Source of the DNA: Dyella tabacisoli
Lineage (GTDB): Bacteria > Pseudomonadota > Gammaproteobacteria > Xanthomonadales > Rhodanobacteraceae
DNA: 64,000 nt
Reading direction: 5' to 3'
NCBI RefSeq assembly: GCF_003350925.1
Contig: NZ_KZ857174.1
Coordinates: forward strand, 499,484-563,483
A program made the translations under genes and the position numbers. Shown here piece by piece: positions 1-11,757 of this stretch (position 1 is its first letter; each line of letters opens with the position of its first letter). The notes below the pieces were generated by a model that saw nothing but the letters and a program-made list of their open reading frames with translations, was not told the DNA's origin and did not search any database.

Positions 1-1023
1 ACCGCCGATGCCGGGCGCGAGGCGGAAGAGCTGTCCTGGATGCTCAAGCGCGGCTACTCCGTCAACCTGTATATGTTTCATGGCGGCACCTCGTTTGGTT
101 GGATGAACGGTGCTAATTGGGACAACGAGAGCTATCAGCCTGACGTTACCAGTTACGACTACGACGCACCGTTGAATGAGAGTGGCCGGCCGACGCCGAA
201 ATACTTCGCCATGCGCAAAGCGATTGCCGACGCCGCAGGAGTTACGCCACCGGCCGTGCCGGCGACACCTGCGACTCAGGCGATCGATGACATCAAGCTC
301 GGCGAGTCGGCCTCGCTCTGGAACAATTTGCCGGCACCGGTCAGCGCATCCGAACCGCGCACCATGGAAGATCTCGATCAGGCTTACGGTTACATCTTGT
401 ATCGGAAAGTTATCGCTGCCGACCGGCCTGGCGATCTGGTGATCCACGGGTTACACGACTACGCCGCGATCTACGTGAACCAGGTACTGATCGGCACGCT
501 GGATCGCCGGCTGAAGCAGGACACATTGGCGGTCAAGCTCGCCAAGGGCGATACCCTGGACATCCTGGTCGAGAATGCCGGCCGCATCAATTTCAGCACG
601 GAGATGCTCAAGGAGCGCAAAGGCATTACTGGCGAGGTCGCCCTGCGCGGTGAGGCATTGCACGACTGGAAGATCTACTCATTGCCGCTGACGCACGTCG
701 ATGGATTCACTTACAGCAGCAGGCCGTGCCTGCATGGCCCTTGCTTCTATCGCGGAAGCTTCCGCGCACCTGCGGCGGGGCGTGCGTCAGCGGATACGTT
801 CCTCGACACCGCCGGACTCAACAAAGGTTTTGTCTGGTTGAACAGCCGGGCATTAGGGCGCACCTGGAAAATCGGCCCGCAACGCACCTTGTACGTCCCC
901 GGCGCCTGGCTCAAGAACGAAGGCAACCAGCTCATCGTGTTCGATATGTTCGGCACCGACCACACCACCCTGCGGACATTGAAACAACCTGTTCTGGATG
1001 CGCCAGCGTCAGCAGCGCCTTGA
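1..1023 (+). CDS. beta-galactosidase, glycoside hydrolase family 35, C-terminal portion (5' end lies outside window)
   Basis: Frame is open to the window edge. Translation (…RGYSVNLYMFHGGTSFGWMNGANW…) matches the end of the GH35 catalytic domain and its C-terminal beta-sandwich domains. Stop codon at 1021-1023. Confidence 0.7.
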   Translation, partial: TADAGREAEELSWMLKRGYSVNLYMFHGGTSFGWMNGANWDNESYQPDVTSYDYDAPLNESGRPTPKYFAMRKAIADAAGVTPPAVPATPATQAIDDIKLGESASLWNNLPAPVSASEPRTMEDLDQAYGYILYRKVIAADRPGDLVIHGLHDYAAIYVNQVLIGTLDRRLKQDTLAVKLAKGDTLDILVENAGRINFSTEMLKERKGITGEVALRGEALHDWKIYSLPLTHVDGFTYSSRPCLHGPCFYRGSFRAPAAGRASADTFLDTAGLNKGFVWLNSRALGRTWKIGPQRTLYVPGAWLKNEGNQLIVFDMFGTDHTTLRTLKQPVLDAPASAAP

Positions 1024-1117
1024 AGCGACTTTCGTCCACAACCTGTCATGCCGTGACGCCAGGTACCGGCATATACGCATGCTTCCTCTTTGAATTGCAG
1101 CTACTTGGAGAAACTCG

Positions 1118-2323
1118 ATGAAAGGCACCACCTCAACGATGGCCTGTATGGCGATGTTGTCCGCTTGTGTATTCGTCACCGCCGCCGGCGCAGAAGAAGG
1201 CAAGAAGATCGAGTTCAACGCCGACCTGCCGCAGATGGGATTCAATAATTGGAACTCCACGCACTGTCGCGACGAATTCAATGAAACGATGATTCGCGAA
1301 GTCGCTGACAAGTTTGTCAGCCTCGGCCTGCGCGACGCGGGTTACCGGCACATCAATATCGACGATTGCTGGGCTAGCTGGAAGCGCGATAAGGACGGCA
1401 ACCTCACCGCCAATGCCACGCGTTTTCCGCACGGCATCAAAGCCCTTGCCGACTATATCCATGCACGCGGCTTTGCCTTTGGTCTCTACTCCAGTGCCGG
1501 CACCAATACCTGCGAACCGAACGAGCGCAATCGTGGCTTCCCCGGTGGCCTCGGTCACGAAAAACAGGATGCGGCGTTCTTTGCCTCGGTGGGCGCTGAC
1601 TATCTGAAATACGACAATTGCAACAACCAGAAGGTACCGGCCAAGCAGCGTTATCAAGCGATGGGTGAGGCTCTTCGCGCGACCGGCAAGCCCATCTTCT
1701 ACAGCCTCTGCGAATGGGGCGAGAACAAGCCATGGTTGTGGGCGAAAGATCCCGCCATCGGTGCATCCTCATGGCGTACCACCGGCGACATCAGTGACAA
1801 ATACGCCTCGATGCTGAAGATCTTCAAAGAGAATGTGGTGCTGGATGCGTATGCCGGCCCCGGCCATTGGAACGATCCCGACATGCTCGAAGTCGGCAAC
1901 GGCGGCATGACGGACGTAGAGTACCGATCCCATTTCAGTCTGTGGGCGATCATGGCCGCGCCGCTACTGATCGGTACCGATATACGCAAGATCAAGCCCG
2001 ACGCCTTGGAGATTTTGCTCAACAAAGAAGTGATTGCGGTGGATCAGGATTCGTTAGGCGTGCAGGGCAAGCGCGTACGCGATGCTTCAGGCATCCACGT
2101 GATAGTCAAGCCGCTCAAGGATGGTAGCCGCGCTGTTGCAGTGTTCAACGAAGCGGACGCCGCGCAGGATGTTGCCGTGAGCGTCAAAGAGCTTGGCTTG
2201 CCGGCATCGGCCAAGTACCGCATGCGCGATCTTTGGCAGCACCGAGACACGCAGGGCGACGGCTCCGTCAAGCTGCGCCTGGAGCCTCATGCGACCGTCA
2301 TGTATCGGATTTCTGCACCGTAA
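1118..2323 (+). CDS. alpha-galactosidase (GH27 family), secreted
   Basis: 401 aa with an N-terminal signal peptide. GH27 hallmarks are present: NNWNSTHC, DDCW, the catalytic region YLKYDNC and a C-terminal beta domain. A GGAG-like Shine-Dalgarno lies upstream. Confidence 0.8.
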   Translation: MKGTTSTMACMAMLSACVFVTAAGAEEGKKIEFNADLPQMGFNNWNSTHCRDEFNETMIREVADKFVSLGLRDAGYRHINIDDCWASWKRDKDGNLTANATRFPHGIKALADYIHARGFAFGLYSSAGTNTCEPNERNRGFPGGLGHEKQDAAFFASVGADYLKYDNCNNQKVPAKQRYQAMGEALRATGKPIFYSLCEWGENKPWLWAKDPAIGASSWRTTGDISDKYASMLKIFKENVVLDAYAGPGHWNDPDMLEVGNGGMTDVEYRSHFSLWAIMAAPLLIGTDIRKIKPDALEILLNKEVIAVDQDSLGVQGKRVRDASGIHVIVKPLKDGSRAVAVFNEADAAQDVAVSVKELGLPASAKYRMRDLWQHRDTQGDGSVKLRLEPHATVMYRISAP

Positions 2324-2628
2324 GGTCGATGCATAAAGACGCAAGGGAGCATGGATGTCCCTTGCGTTTGAAGCTTTCGTCCAACGAGCGGTAAGCATTC
2401 AGTTGGGCAACTGCGTGGTGAACTTGTAAACGATCAGATGGCGATAAGTCTGTTCCGAAGCAAGCCGTGCAAAGTCGAACTCTGGCTGGTTCGGTACAGG
2501 TCTACGGCATCTGGCAAGTTCACAATGAAGTACTTATAGTTTATTTGTATGATAAATGTCCGGTGTCGATGAAAGCACATCCTGGACGTGTCGCTCGCGG
2601 CAAGCAGCATCACGAGGAAGCCCATTTC

Positions 2629-3354
2629 ATGAGGAAGCCGAACGCCGTTCGCAATCTGTATGGACACGTGATGCAAGAGATTGGTCAGCGCATCGTGAGC
2701 GGGAAAGTACGGCCGGGCGAGGTGCTTCCACGTGAAGAAACACTCGCAGAAAACCTGCAAGTCAGCCGCACCGCTTTGCGCGAAGCCATGAAGGTACTTT
2801 CCGCCAAGGGGCTGATCGAGTCGCGCGCCGGCGTAGGCGCGCGCGTACTGGAAGAACGTTTCTGGAATCAGCTCGACGCTGATGTGCTGACCTGGCGTTG
2901 CGCCTCCATGCCCACCGACGATTTCGTCGACAAGCTGGTGGAGATGCGCGAGATCATCGAGCCGGCTGCCGCCGCCGCCGCTGCGCGCCGCCGCACGGCG
3001 GAACAACTGGCGGATATCGAAACGGCCTATAAAGCGATGGATGCGGCACAGACGCTAGACGCGTGGGCCGAAGCGGATCTGCAATTCCACGATGCCGTAT
3101 TGCAGGCCGCCGGCAACGAACTGATGTCATCGCTGTTCTCGGTGGTCGAGAGCGCGCTTGGCACGTTCTTCGTACTGTCCGCGCGCACCGCGAGTAACTT
3201 CAAGTATTCGTTGCCACATCACCAGAAGGTGCTGGAAGCTATTCGCCGCAAGCAGCCAGACGTCGCGCGCAAAGCTATGTTGGCCATGATCGCGGACTCC
3301 CAGTCGAACCTGCAGCGCAATCGCAGTCGCGCACGCAAGAAGGCGCATGCGTGA
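2629..3354 (+). CDS. GntR-family transcriptional regulator (FadR/FCD subfamily)
   Basis: An N-terminal winged-helix motif (VSRTALREAMKVLSAKGLIESRAGVGARV) is followed by an all-helical FCD-like C-terminal domain. Start was chosen at ATG 2629 (241 aa); the ORF is open from 2467. Confidence 0.7.
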   Translation: MRKPNAVRNLYGHVMQEIGQRIVSGKVRPGEVLPREETLAENLQVSRTALREAMKVLSAKGLIESRAGVGARVLEERFWNQLDADVLTWRCASMPTDDFVDKLVEMREIIEPAAAAAAARRRTAEQLADIETAYKAMDAAQTLDAWAEADLQFHDAVLQAAGNELMSSLFSVVESALGTFFVLSARTASNFKYSLPHHQKVLEAIRRKQPDVARKAMLAMIADSQSNLQRNRSRARKKAHA

Positions 3355-3636
3355 TGACTCGCCTGCATGGGAGAGCAGACATGCCAATACCTGTTTGCGC
3401 ACATCAGTACGACCCGACTCGAACGGAGCGACCGAGCCGGGCTGACATTTGACCCGCGATCATGACGCGCCGATCACCACCGAAGCTAACGGCTACGATT
3501 CGTACGAAGTATCTGACCAGCGAATACCAGTACTGACGATCTAAGCCATTTGGCTTGCTGGTCGCACCTGTGGCGAGGCTCCAGTATGCGCACGGCCATC
3601 TCGGCGATAGTCGCCGGTGTGCGAGGGAGGGAGGGC

Positions 3637-4914
3637 ATGCAAGCTTCTGGGGAGATCGCTGGCGCGGATGCCTTGCCGTCGGTGCCGTTGGACGAACGTA
3701 TCCAGGCATTGGACGTGCTGCGCGGGTTCGCCTTGCTTGGCATCTTTTTGATGAATGTGGACTACATGGTGCGCCCGCTGGCAGCACTCGACGGCAGCGT
3801 GCCGGCGAACCTGCGCGGACTGGACTACGCCGCCGGCTGGCTGATCTATACCTTCGTGCAGGGCAAGTTCTGGACTCTGTTCAGCCTGTTGTTCGGCATG
3901 GGCTTCGCGGTGATGATGACCCGCGCTGAGCGCGCCGGACGCGACTTCGTGCGGCCTTATCTGCGACGCAGCCTGGCCTTGCTGGGATTCGGCCTGATCC
4001 ATGCCTGCCTGATCTGGGGCGGCGACGTGCTGATGAATTACGCCCTGGTCGCCTTTGTACTGTTGCTCGGTTTTCGGCGCATGCGACTGAACTGGCTATG
4101 GCGTTTTGCGCTGCTGCTGTTTCTGGTGCCGGTGCTGATGTCCGCGGTCGGCCTGGCGACGACGTACCACGCTCTGCACAGCAGCCCTGCGGCATACACC
4201 GAGAAAATGCACGAGCGCGAGCAAACCCATCAGAAGTGGCTGACCGAAGTGGGGGCAGCGGAGCAACTGCAGCGGCACGGCAGCTATGCGGCGATGTCGC
4301 GCCAGCGCGCCCAGGACATGATTAAAAGCCTGCCATGGATGGCTATAGGTGGCATGCAGATTCTCGGCGTGTTTCTGTTCGGCGCGTGGTTGATCCGTTC
4401 CGGTCGCATGGTTAAACCGCAAGCCCATCTACCGTTTTTCCGCGGCATGTTGATTTTGACGTTGCCGCTCGGCAGCCTGCTCGCACTGTGCAGCGCCTGG
4501 TGCGGCGTCACCACCATTCCCGGCGCAAGCACGCTGCGAGTCGGCATCGGCACAAGCCTGATGGACATCGCCAGTATGCTGATGTGCCTGGGCTACCTCA
4601 GCGTCATCGTGCTGTGGTTGCAGCACCCGCGCGGCGCGCGGGTGCTGGCCTGGCTGGCACCGGCTGGGCGCATGGCGTTGACTAATTACCTGCTGCAGTC
4701 GCTGCTCGGCACCTGGCTGTTCTATGGCTACGGTCTCGGTCTCGCCGGATACTTTTCGCGTGCATGGCAGGTGGTCTATGTACTGGTGTTCTATATCTTG
4801 CAGCTGCTGCTCAGCCGCTGGTGGCTGAGCAGCCATCGCTACGGTCCGATGGAATGGCTGTGGCGTTACCTGACCTATCTGCGCCAGCCGATTTGGTCTT
4901 CATCTCCTAGATGA
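3637..4914 (+). CDS. polytopic membrane protein, DUF418/YeiB-like family
   Basis: About 425 aa with 8 or more predicted TM helices. The N-terminal LDVLRGFALLGIFLMN motif is typical of DUF418/YeiB acyltransferase-like membrane proteins. The start is uncertain (ORF is open from 3550). Confidence 0.5.
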   Translation: MQASGEIAGADALPSVPLDERIQALDVLRGFALLGIFLMNVDYMVRPLAALDGSVPANLRGLDYAAGWLIYTFVQGKFWTLFSLLFGMGFAVMMTRAERAGRDFVRPYLRRSLALLGFGLIHACLIWGGDVLMNYALVAFVLLLGFRRMRLNWLWRFALLLFLVPVLMSAVGLATTYHALHSSPAAYTEKMHEREQTHQKWLTEVGAAEQLQRHGSYAAMSRQRAQDMIKSLPWMAIGGMQILGVFLFGAWLIRSGRMVKPQAHLPFFRGMLILTLPLGSLLALCSAWCGVTTIPGASTLRVGIGTSLMDIASMLMCLGYLSVIVLWLQHPRGARVLAWLAPAGRMALTNYLLQSLLGTWLFYGYGLGLAGYFSRAWQVVYVLVFYILQLLLSRWWLSSHRYGPMEWLWRYLTYLRQPIWSSSPR

Positions 4915-5048
4915 GGATGCTTTCGCTGTACCTAACCTTGCTTGTAAGTCCGCTTCGGGCGGTGGACTTTGTTGCATAGCCGCGGCGTGTCGGTAGCGTC
5001 TGGTAGAGCGCGTCTGAGCACCGGTGGGTTTGATCTGACGAACCTTAC

Positions 5049-5585
5049 TCACTGGGTTGCGGGAGTTGCCTGATAAAACACGTTGAGCCATTTTCCGTCG
5101 CGTTTTATCCACAAGGACGAAGCGTGACTGTCGAGTTGGAATGCCTTGCCATGATCGAGCCCCGATGCCTTCACAAGGTAAGTAATAAGCACTGCGTTCT
5201 CTGCAACGTAGTGAATGTCGAATCCTGAAAGATCGCATTGCTCAAACTGAATATTCGCATCCATGGCAGAAGCCTCGCTGAGTACTCTGTCCGCGGCGCC
5301 TGTTCCTGAGACCGTAAAGAAATCTGGCGCGTGGAAAGCTTTGTAGGAAGCTGCATCTCGCTTTATTGCTAACTCCCAGCTCAATCTCTCTTTGGCCATC
5401 AAGTGCTGCCCAATCACATCCCTCGATGTGACTGGTGGCTGGGTTTGGCTTTGCGGCGCGGCATAACAGGCGGCCGGGACCGAGACATTGAGCACCAACG
5501 CAAACGCCATCGAGGCAAGGAATGCGTTGCCCCGTTGCACGCACAGGGGAGCGTTCTTTTGAGTAAAAATTCGTTTATTTGTCAT
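5049..5585 (-). CDS. secreted NTF2-fold (DUF4440/SnoaL-like) protein
   Basis: 178 aa with a signal peptide. The C-terminal …LWIKRDGKWLNVFYQAT is typical of DUF4440/NTF2-like domains. The gene is divergent from an Lrp regulator. Confidence 0.45.
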   Translation of the reverse strand: MTNKRIFTQKNAPLCVQRGNAFLASMAFALVLNVSVPAACYAAPQSQTQPPVTSRDVIGQHLMAKERLSWELAIKRDAASYKAFHAPDFFTVSGTGAADRVLSEASAMDANIQFEQCDLSGFDIHYVAENAVLITYLVKASGLDHGKAFQLDSHASSLWIKRDGKWLNVFYQATPATQ

Positions 5586-5640
5586 ATAGATAGAATGATA
5601 TTAGAGTGTCACTACTGTCAATCGAATATATTTCGTAAAT

Positions 5641-6129
5641 ATGGCTATAGAGGCGGATGTTGACCGAATAGACTTCGCCATTCTTCGGCTTTTGATGAAG
5701 AACGCGTGGCTATCAAATAAAGAGGTCGCGGCAGCTGTGGGCCTCGCACCATCAAGTTGTCATGAGCGCATCAAATCACTCAGGGCACGCGGCGTCCTTA
5801 TGGGGGCGCACGCTGAGGTGAACCTTCAGGCGATCGGCTTCGCTCTGGGAGCTGTTCTGTTCGTGCAGCTGGGCAAGCTCGAAGGCCGAGTCGTTGACGC
5901 GTTTCTGAGTTCAACGGCCGCAGTTCCAGAAGTTCGTGGCGTATTTCTGGTGTCCGGCCGGTTTGATCTGATTGTCCACGTAGCTGTTCGCGATATGGAG
6001 CACTTGAAGGAAATCATTTCGCAACATTTCAATCGGCACGCTGTAGTGATACGCGTTGAAACATCCGTCGTGTTCAACCACGAAACACGGCATGCCATGC
6101 CGATTTCCGAGAGCGATGCACTTGCCTGA
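5641..6129 (+). CDS. Lrp/AsnC-family transcriptional regulator
   Basis: 162 aa. An N-terminal HTH (DRIDFAILRLLMKNAWLSNKEVAAAVGLAPSSCHERIKSLRARGVL) is followed by a RAM/AsnC_trans C-terminal domain. Confidence 0.85.
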   Translation: MAIEADVDRIDFAILRLLMKNAWLSNKEVAAAVGLAPSSCHERIKSLRARGVLMGAHAEVNLQAIGFALGAVLFVQLGKLEGRVVDAFLSSTAAVPEVRGVFLVSGRFDLIVHVAVRDMEHLKEIISQHFNRHAVVIRVETSVVFNHETRHAMPISESDALA

Positions 6130-6160
6130 CTAAGTTGGTTGCAACTTAGGGCGCCATATT

Positions 6161-6196
6161 TGAGAAGGCCTTGCAGTGATGCGAGGCCTTTTTTTG
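6161..6196. terminator. hairpin plus T-run between convergent genes (lrp and the pseudopilin gene)
   Basis: gaaggcc ttgcagtgatgcg aggcct followed by ttttttt. Confidence 0.45.
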
Positions 6197-6204
6197 TCCT
6201 GTCA

Positions 6205-6765
6205 TCAGGAGGTGGCCGCGCAGCGCACTGCCTGATCGGCCGTTGCACGGGCGCCACGAATCCGGCCGGCGTTGGATACGACTACGCTCAGGGCCTGGTC
6301 GGACTTACCGCGGACACAAAGAAGCAGGGTGATATTGCTGCCGCCGGCGCTGCCGTCGGCCTGGAATTGGATGCGGCGCCGGCCGGCGGTACCGAGAATG
6401 TTGATTTGTTCGCCATGGCTGTGCCCGGCCCGTGATGGGGCGCCGTCCGGCTGGTCTTTGTATTGCCGGTTATGGCCGAGCAACCAGCCGCCGCCCCACT
6501 GTATTTCATCGCTGCAGCTATGGCTGTCGCGAGTAGGGCAGAAGATGGTGCGGCTGCCGGTATGCACGGCTAGTCCGCGTGCATGTTGCAAGGCGGCGAT
6601 GAAATCTGCTTGTGCGGTTCGCAGTTGATTGCGTGTGAGCACAGAGCCTAGGGATGGCAGGGCTACGCAGGTCAGTGTCGCCAGTATCGTCAGCACCATG
6701 ATCTGCTCGATCAGCGTGGCGCCACGATTTCTGCGGAATCTGCTTGGTCCGGTGAGCATGTCCAT
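6205..6765 (-). CDS. FimT/GspH-family type IV minor pseudopilin (orphan)
   Basis: N-terminal prepilin motif RNRG/ATLIEQIMVLTILATL with Glu at +5 and a hydrophobic helix. The length fits FimT/GspH. No pilus or T2SS genes are adjacent. Confidence 0.6.
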   Translation of the reverse strand: MDMLTGPSRFRRNRGATLIEQIMVLTILATLTCVALPSLGSVLTRNQLRTAQADFIAALQHARGLAVHTGSRTIFCPTRDSHSCSDEIQWGGGWLLGHNRQYKDQPDGAPSRAGHSHGEQINILGTAGRRRIQFQADGSAGGSNITLLLCVRGKSDQALSVVVSNAGRIRGARATADQAVRCAATS

Positions 6766-6919
6766 TGCATCGCCTCCCTAAGTGGCTGGAGGATCATGCT
6801 AGGCGTAGCCCTGGCCGCCGCGGCAGCAGCCATCAGGCTGGCGTAGCGTCAGATACTGCTGACAAGCGTTGTCAGCATGGGCGATTTAGAATGAGGTTCC
6901 ACGCCCACATATGTGTGCC

Positions 6920-8938
<2,019 letters not shown>

Positions 8939-9025
8939 GTGGCCCCGTCAGCCAGCTTTCTTGCACGACATTGGCAAAACAGGCTTGTGTCCGTGGCGGG
9001 AGCTTTGCTATTCTTCGCGGCTCTC

Positions 9026-9100
9026 GGGCGGTTAGCTCAGCGGTAGAGCACTACCTTGACATGGTAGGGGTCACAAGTTCGATCCTTGTACCGCCCACCA
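9026..9100 (+). tRNA. tRNA-Val (anticodon GAC), CCA encoded
   Basis: Cloverleaf: acceptor gggcggt/accgccc, D arm gctc-agcggta-gagc, anticodon arm ctacc-ttGACat-ggtag, T arm acaag-ttcgatc-cttgt, 3' terminal CCA. Confidence 0.85.
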
Positions 9101-9109
9101 ATACCGACG

Positions 9110-9149
9110 AAACGGCGCGGCCCTCGGGTTCGCGCCGTTTCTTTTTTTA
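9110..9149 (+). terminator. rho-independent terminator after tRNA-Val
   Basis: aacggcgcggccctcgggttcgcgccgtt followed by tcttttttta. Confidence 0.7.
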
Positions 9150-9179
9150 TTGAATCTGTTGCTTTCGGCGGGGAGAGTC

Positions 9180-9626
9180 ATGGCCTACCTGTGGATCAAG
9201 AGTTTTCATTTGCTTTTCGTGATGGCCTGGGTGGCCACGGTGTTCTATCTGCCGCGAATTTTGGTGAATATCGCCGAAACTCGTGACGAACCGGCCGTGC
9301 AAGCACGGTTGGAGTTGATGGGGCTGCGGTTATTCCGCTTTGGACGCATCATGTTTGGCCTGGCATTTTTGTTTGGCCTCACGCTGTGGCAAGGCTGGCG
9401 GCTGTTTCCGGGTGTCTTGCCGAACTTCGGCGAGCCGGGCTGGTTGCACGCCAAGTTTGGCCTGGTGCTGCTGCTATTGGCTTACTTTATTTGGGCCGGT
9501 CGCCTGGTAAGGCGGAGCGCGCAGGGCGGGACCTTGCCCTCATCGAATACACTGCGCTTGCTCAACGAGCTGCCGATCCTGTTGTTGCTGGCGGTGATTT
9601 ACCTGGTGCTGGCCAAGCCATTCTAA
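9180..9626 (+). CDS. hemJ: HemJ-family protoporphyrinogen IX oxidase / UPF0093 membrane protein
   Basis: MAYLWIKSFHLLFVMAWVATVFYLPRILV closely resembles the HemJ (slr1790-type) N-terminus. About 148 aa with 4-5 TM helices. The ORF is open from 9150. Confidence 0.7.
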   Translation: MAYLWIKSFHLLFVMAWVATVFYLPRILVNIAETRDEPAVQARLELMGLRLFRFGRIMFGLAFLFGLTLWQGWRLFPGVLPNFGEPGWLHAKFGLVLLLLAYFIWAGRLVRRSAQGGTLPSSNTLRLLNELPILLLLAVIYLVLAKPF

Positions 9627-9813
9627 GAGTTGCACAAGCACAGTTTGGGTTAGACTGCGTCGCTATACCGTCCATCAGAGGCAAGGTGGCCCGCGCTTTG
9701 CGCCGGTCGAGTGTGTGACATGGCAACTACGTACTCTCACCACTGATTCTGTCGTGCCTCAGGCTATTTGAGGGGCGCGTAGCGCCCTTTGTGTTTTTTA
9801 GAGAAACGTTTCC

Positions 9814-11715
9814 ATGATTGAAATCACGCTACCCGACGGCAGCAAACGCCCGTTCGATCATCCCGTTACCGTGCAAGACGTGGCTGCCTCCATTGGCGCC
9901 GGTCTGGCCAAGGCGACCTTGGCTGGCAAGGTGGATGGCGCACTGGTCGATGCCAGTTACTCCATCGATCACAACGCCAGTCTTGAGATCGTTACCGAGA
10001 AAAGCCCCGAGGCGCTGGAAATTCTGCGCCACTCCACCGCGCATTTGCTGGCGCAAGCGGTGCAGCGTCTGTATCCGGGTGCGCAGGTCACCATCGGTCC
10101 GGTGATCGACAACGGCTTCTTCTACGACTTTGCTTACGAGCGCCCGTTTACCCCCGACGATCTGCTGAAGATCGAAGCGGAGATGGAAAAGATCGTCAGA
10201 GAGCAGTTGCCGGTGTCGCGCAGCGTGAAGTCGCGCGATGAGGCGGTGGCGTTCTTCCGCGGGCTCGGTGAGGCTTACAAGGCCGAGATCATCGAAAGCA
10301 TTCCGGCTAACGAGGCGCTGTCGCTGTATACGCAGGGCGAGTTCACCGACTTGTGTCGTGGCCCGCATGTGCCCAACACCGGCAAGCTGCGCGCGTTCAA
10401 GCTGATGAAGGTGGCTGGCGCCTATTGGCGTGGCGACTCCAATAACGCGATGTTGACCCGCATCTACGGTACTGCCTGGCTTAACGACAAAGACCTCAAG
10501 GCTTACCTGCTTCAGTTGGAAGAGGCCGAAAAGCGCGATCACCGCAAGATCGGCAAGGCTCTGGATCTGTTTCATCAGCAGGAAGAAGCGCCAGGCATGG
10601 TGTTCTGGCACCCGAACGGCTGGGCGATCTGGCAGGTTGTGGAGCAGTACGTGCGTAACGTGTACCGCACCAGTGGCTACCAGGAGGTGCGCGGCCCGCA
10701 GATCATGGACGTGAGTCTGTGGAAGAAATCGGGGCACTGGGATAACTACCAGGAGAACATGTTCTTCACTGAGTCGGAGAAGCGCACCTATGCGCTGAAG
10801 CCGATGAATTGCCCGGGTCATATCCAGATTTACAACACCAGCCTGCATAGCTATCGCGATTTGCCGGTGCGCTACGGCGAGTTCGGTGGCTGCCACCGCA
10901 ATGAGCCATCCGGTGCGCTGCACGGCATCATGCGAGTGCGCGCGTTCACCCAGGACGACGGCCATATCTTCTGCACCGAGCAGCAGATCGAGTCCGAGGT
11001 GACTGCCTTCCATGCTCAGGCGATGAAGGTGTACAGCGATTTCGGTTTTGCCGATATCGCACTGAAGATCGCGCTGCGCCCGGACAAGCGTATCGGCAGC
11101 GATGAGGTGTGGGATCGCACCGAGAATGCCTTGCGCGCCGCATTGCAGAGTGTCGGCGTGGCTTGGGAGGAACTGCCGGGCGAGGGTGCCTTCTACGGCC
11201 CCAAGATCGAGTACCACATGAAAGATTCGATCGGCCGTGCCTGGCAGGTCGGCACCATGCAGGTGGACCCGATGATGCCCGAGCGCCTTGGCGCCGAGTA
11301 CGTCGACGAACACAGCCAGCGCCAGCACCCGGTGATGCTGCATCGGGCCATTGTGGGCTCGATGGAGCGTTTCATTGGTATCCTGATCGAGCATCACGCA
11401 GGCCTGCTGCCAGCTTGGCTGGCGCCAGTGCAGGCGATGGTGTTCAGTATTACGGACGCGCAGGCCGGTTATGCTGGCGAAGTGGCGCAAGCCCTTGTCG
11501 ATAAAGGCTTCCGCGTAAAGGCCGATTTGCGCAACGAAAAGGTCGGCTATAAAATCCGCGAGCACACGTTACAAAAAGTGCCTTACCTGCTTGTGGTCGG
11601 TGACCGCGAGAAGGAGGCGGGGGCCGTTTCAGTGCGTACCCGTTCCGGTGAAGATCTGGGCAGCATGCCGCTGGCCGCCTTCATGGAGCGTCTGGAGACC
11701 GAAAGCCGGCGCTAA
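9814..11715 (+). CDS. thrS: threonyl-tRNA synthetase
   Basis: 633 aa. The N-terminus [24 protein letters not shown] is like E. coli ThrS. Class II motifs and the C-terminal anticodon-binding domain are present. Confidence 0.95.
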   Translation: MIEITLPDGSKRPFDHPVTVQDVAASIGAGLAKATLAGKVDGALVDASYSIDHNASLEIVTEKSPEALEILRHSTAHLLAQAVQRLYPGAQVTIGPVIDNGFFYDFAYERPFTPDDLLKIEAEMEKIVREQLPVSRSVKSRDEAVAFFRGLGEAYKAEIIESIPANEALSLYTQGEFTDLCRGPHVPNTGKLRAFKLMKVAGAYWRGDSNNAMLTRIYGTAWLNDKDLKAYLLQLEEAEKRDHRKIGKALDLFHQQEEAPGMVFWHPNGWAIWQVVEQYVRNVYRTSGYQEVRGPQIMDVSLWKKSGHWDNYQENMFFTESEKRTYALKPMNCPGHIQIYNTSLHSYRDLPVRYGEFGGCHRNEPSGALHGIMRVRAFTQDDGHIFCTEQQIESEVTAFHAQAMKVYSDFGFADIALKIALRPDKRIGSDEVWDRTENALRAALQSVGVAWEELPGEGAFYGPKIEYHMKDSIGRAWQVGTMQVDPMMPERLGAEYVDEHSQRQHPVMLHRAIVGSMERFIGILIEHHAGLLPAWLAPVQAMVFSITDAQAGYAGEVAQALVDKGFRVKADLRNEKVGYKIREHTLQKVPYLLVVGDREKEAGAVSVRTRSGEDLGSMPLAAFMERLETESRR

Positions 11716-11757
11716 TCGCCGAACGGTCGTCATCAATTTCTTCTGGAGGATAGTGGT

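Noticed and set aside
2467-2628. Upstream extension of the GntR regulator ORF (start at 2467 or 2569)
   Set aside because: The extension would give an N-terminal tail of 54 or 20 aa before the winged helix, with no similarity to GntR N-termini. ATG 2629 gives a typical length of about 240 aa. Left as a start-site uncertainty.
9829-11565. 578-aa ORF on the minus strand entirely inside thrS
   Set aside because: Fully antisense to a highly conserved aaRS gene. Typical stop-codon-poor antisense frame of high-GC DNA, with no Shine-Dalgarno or recognisable motifs.
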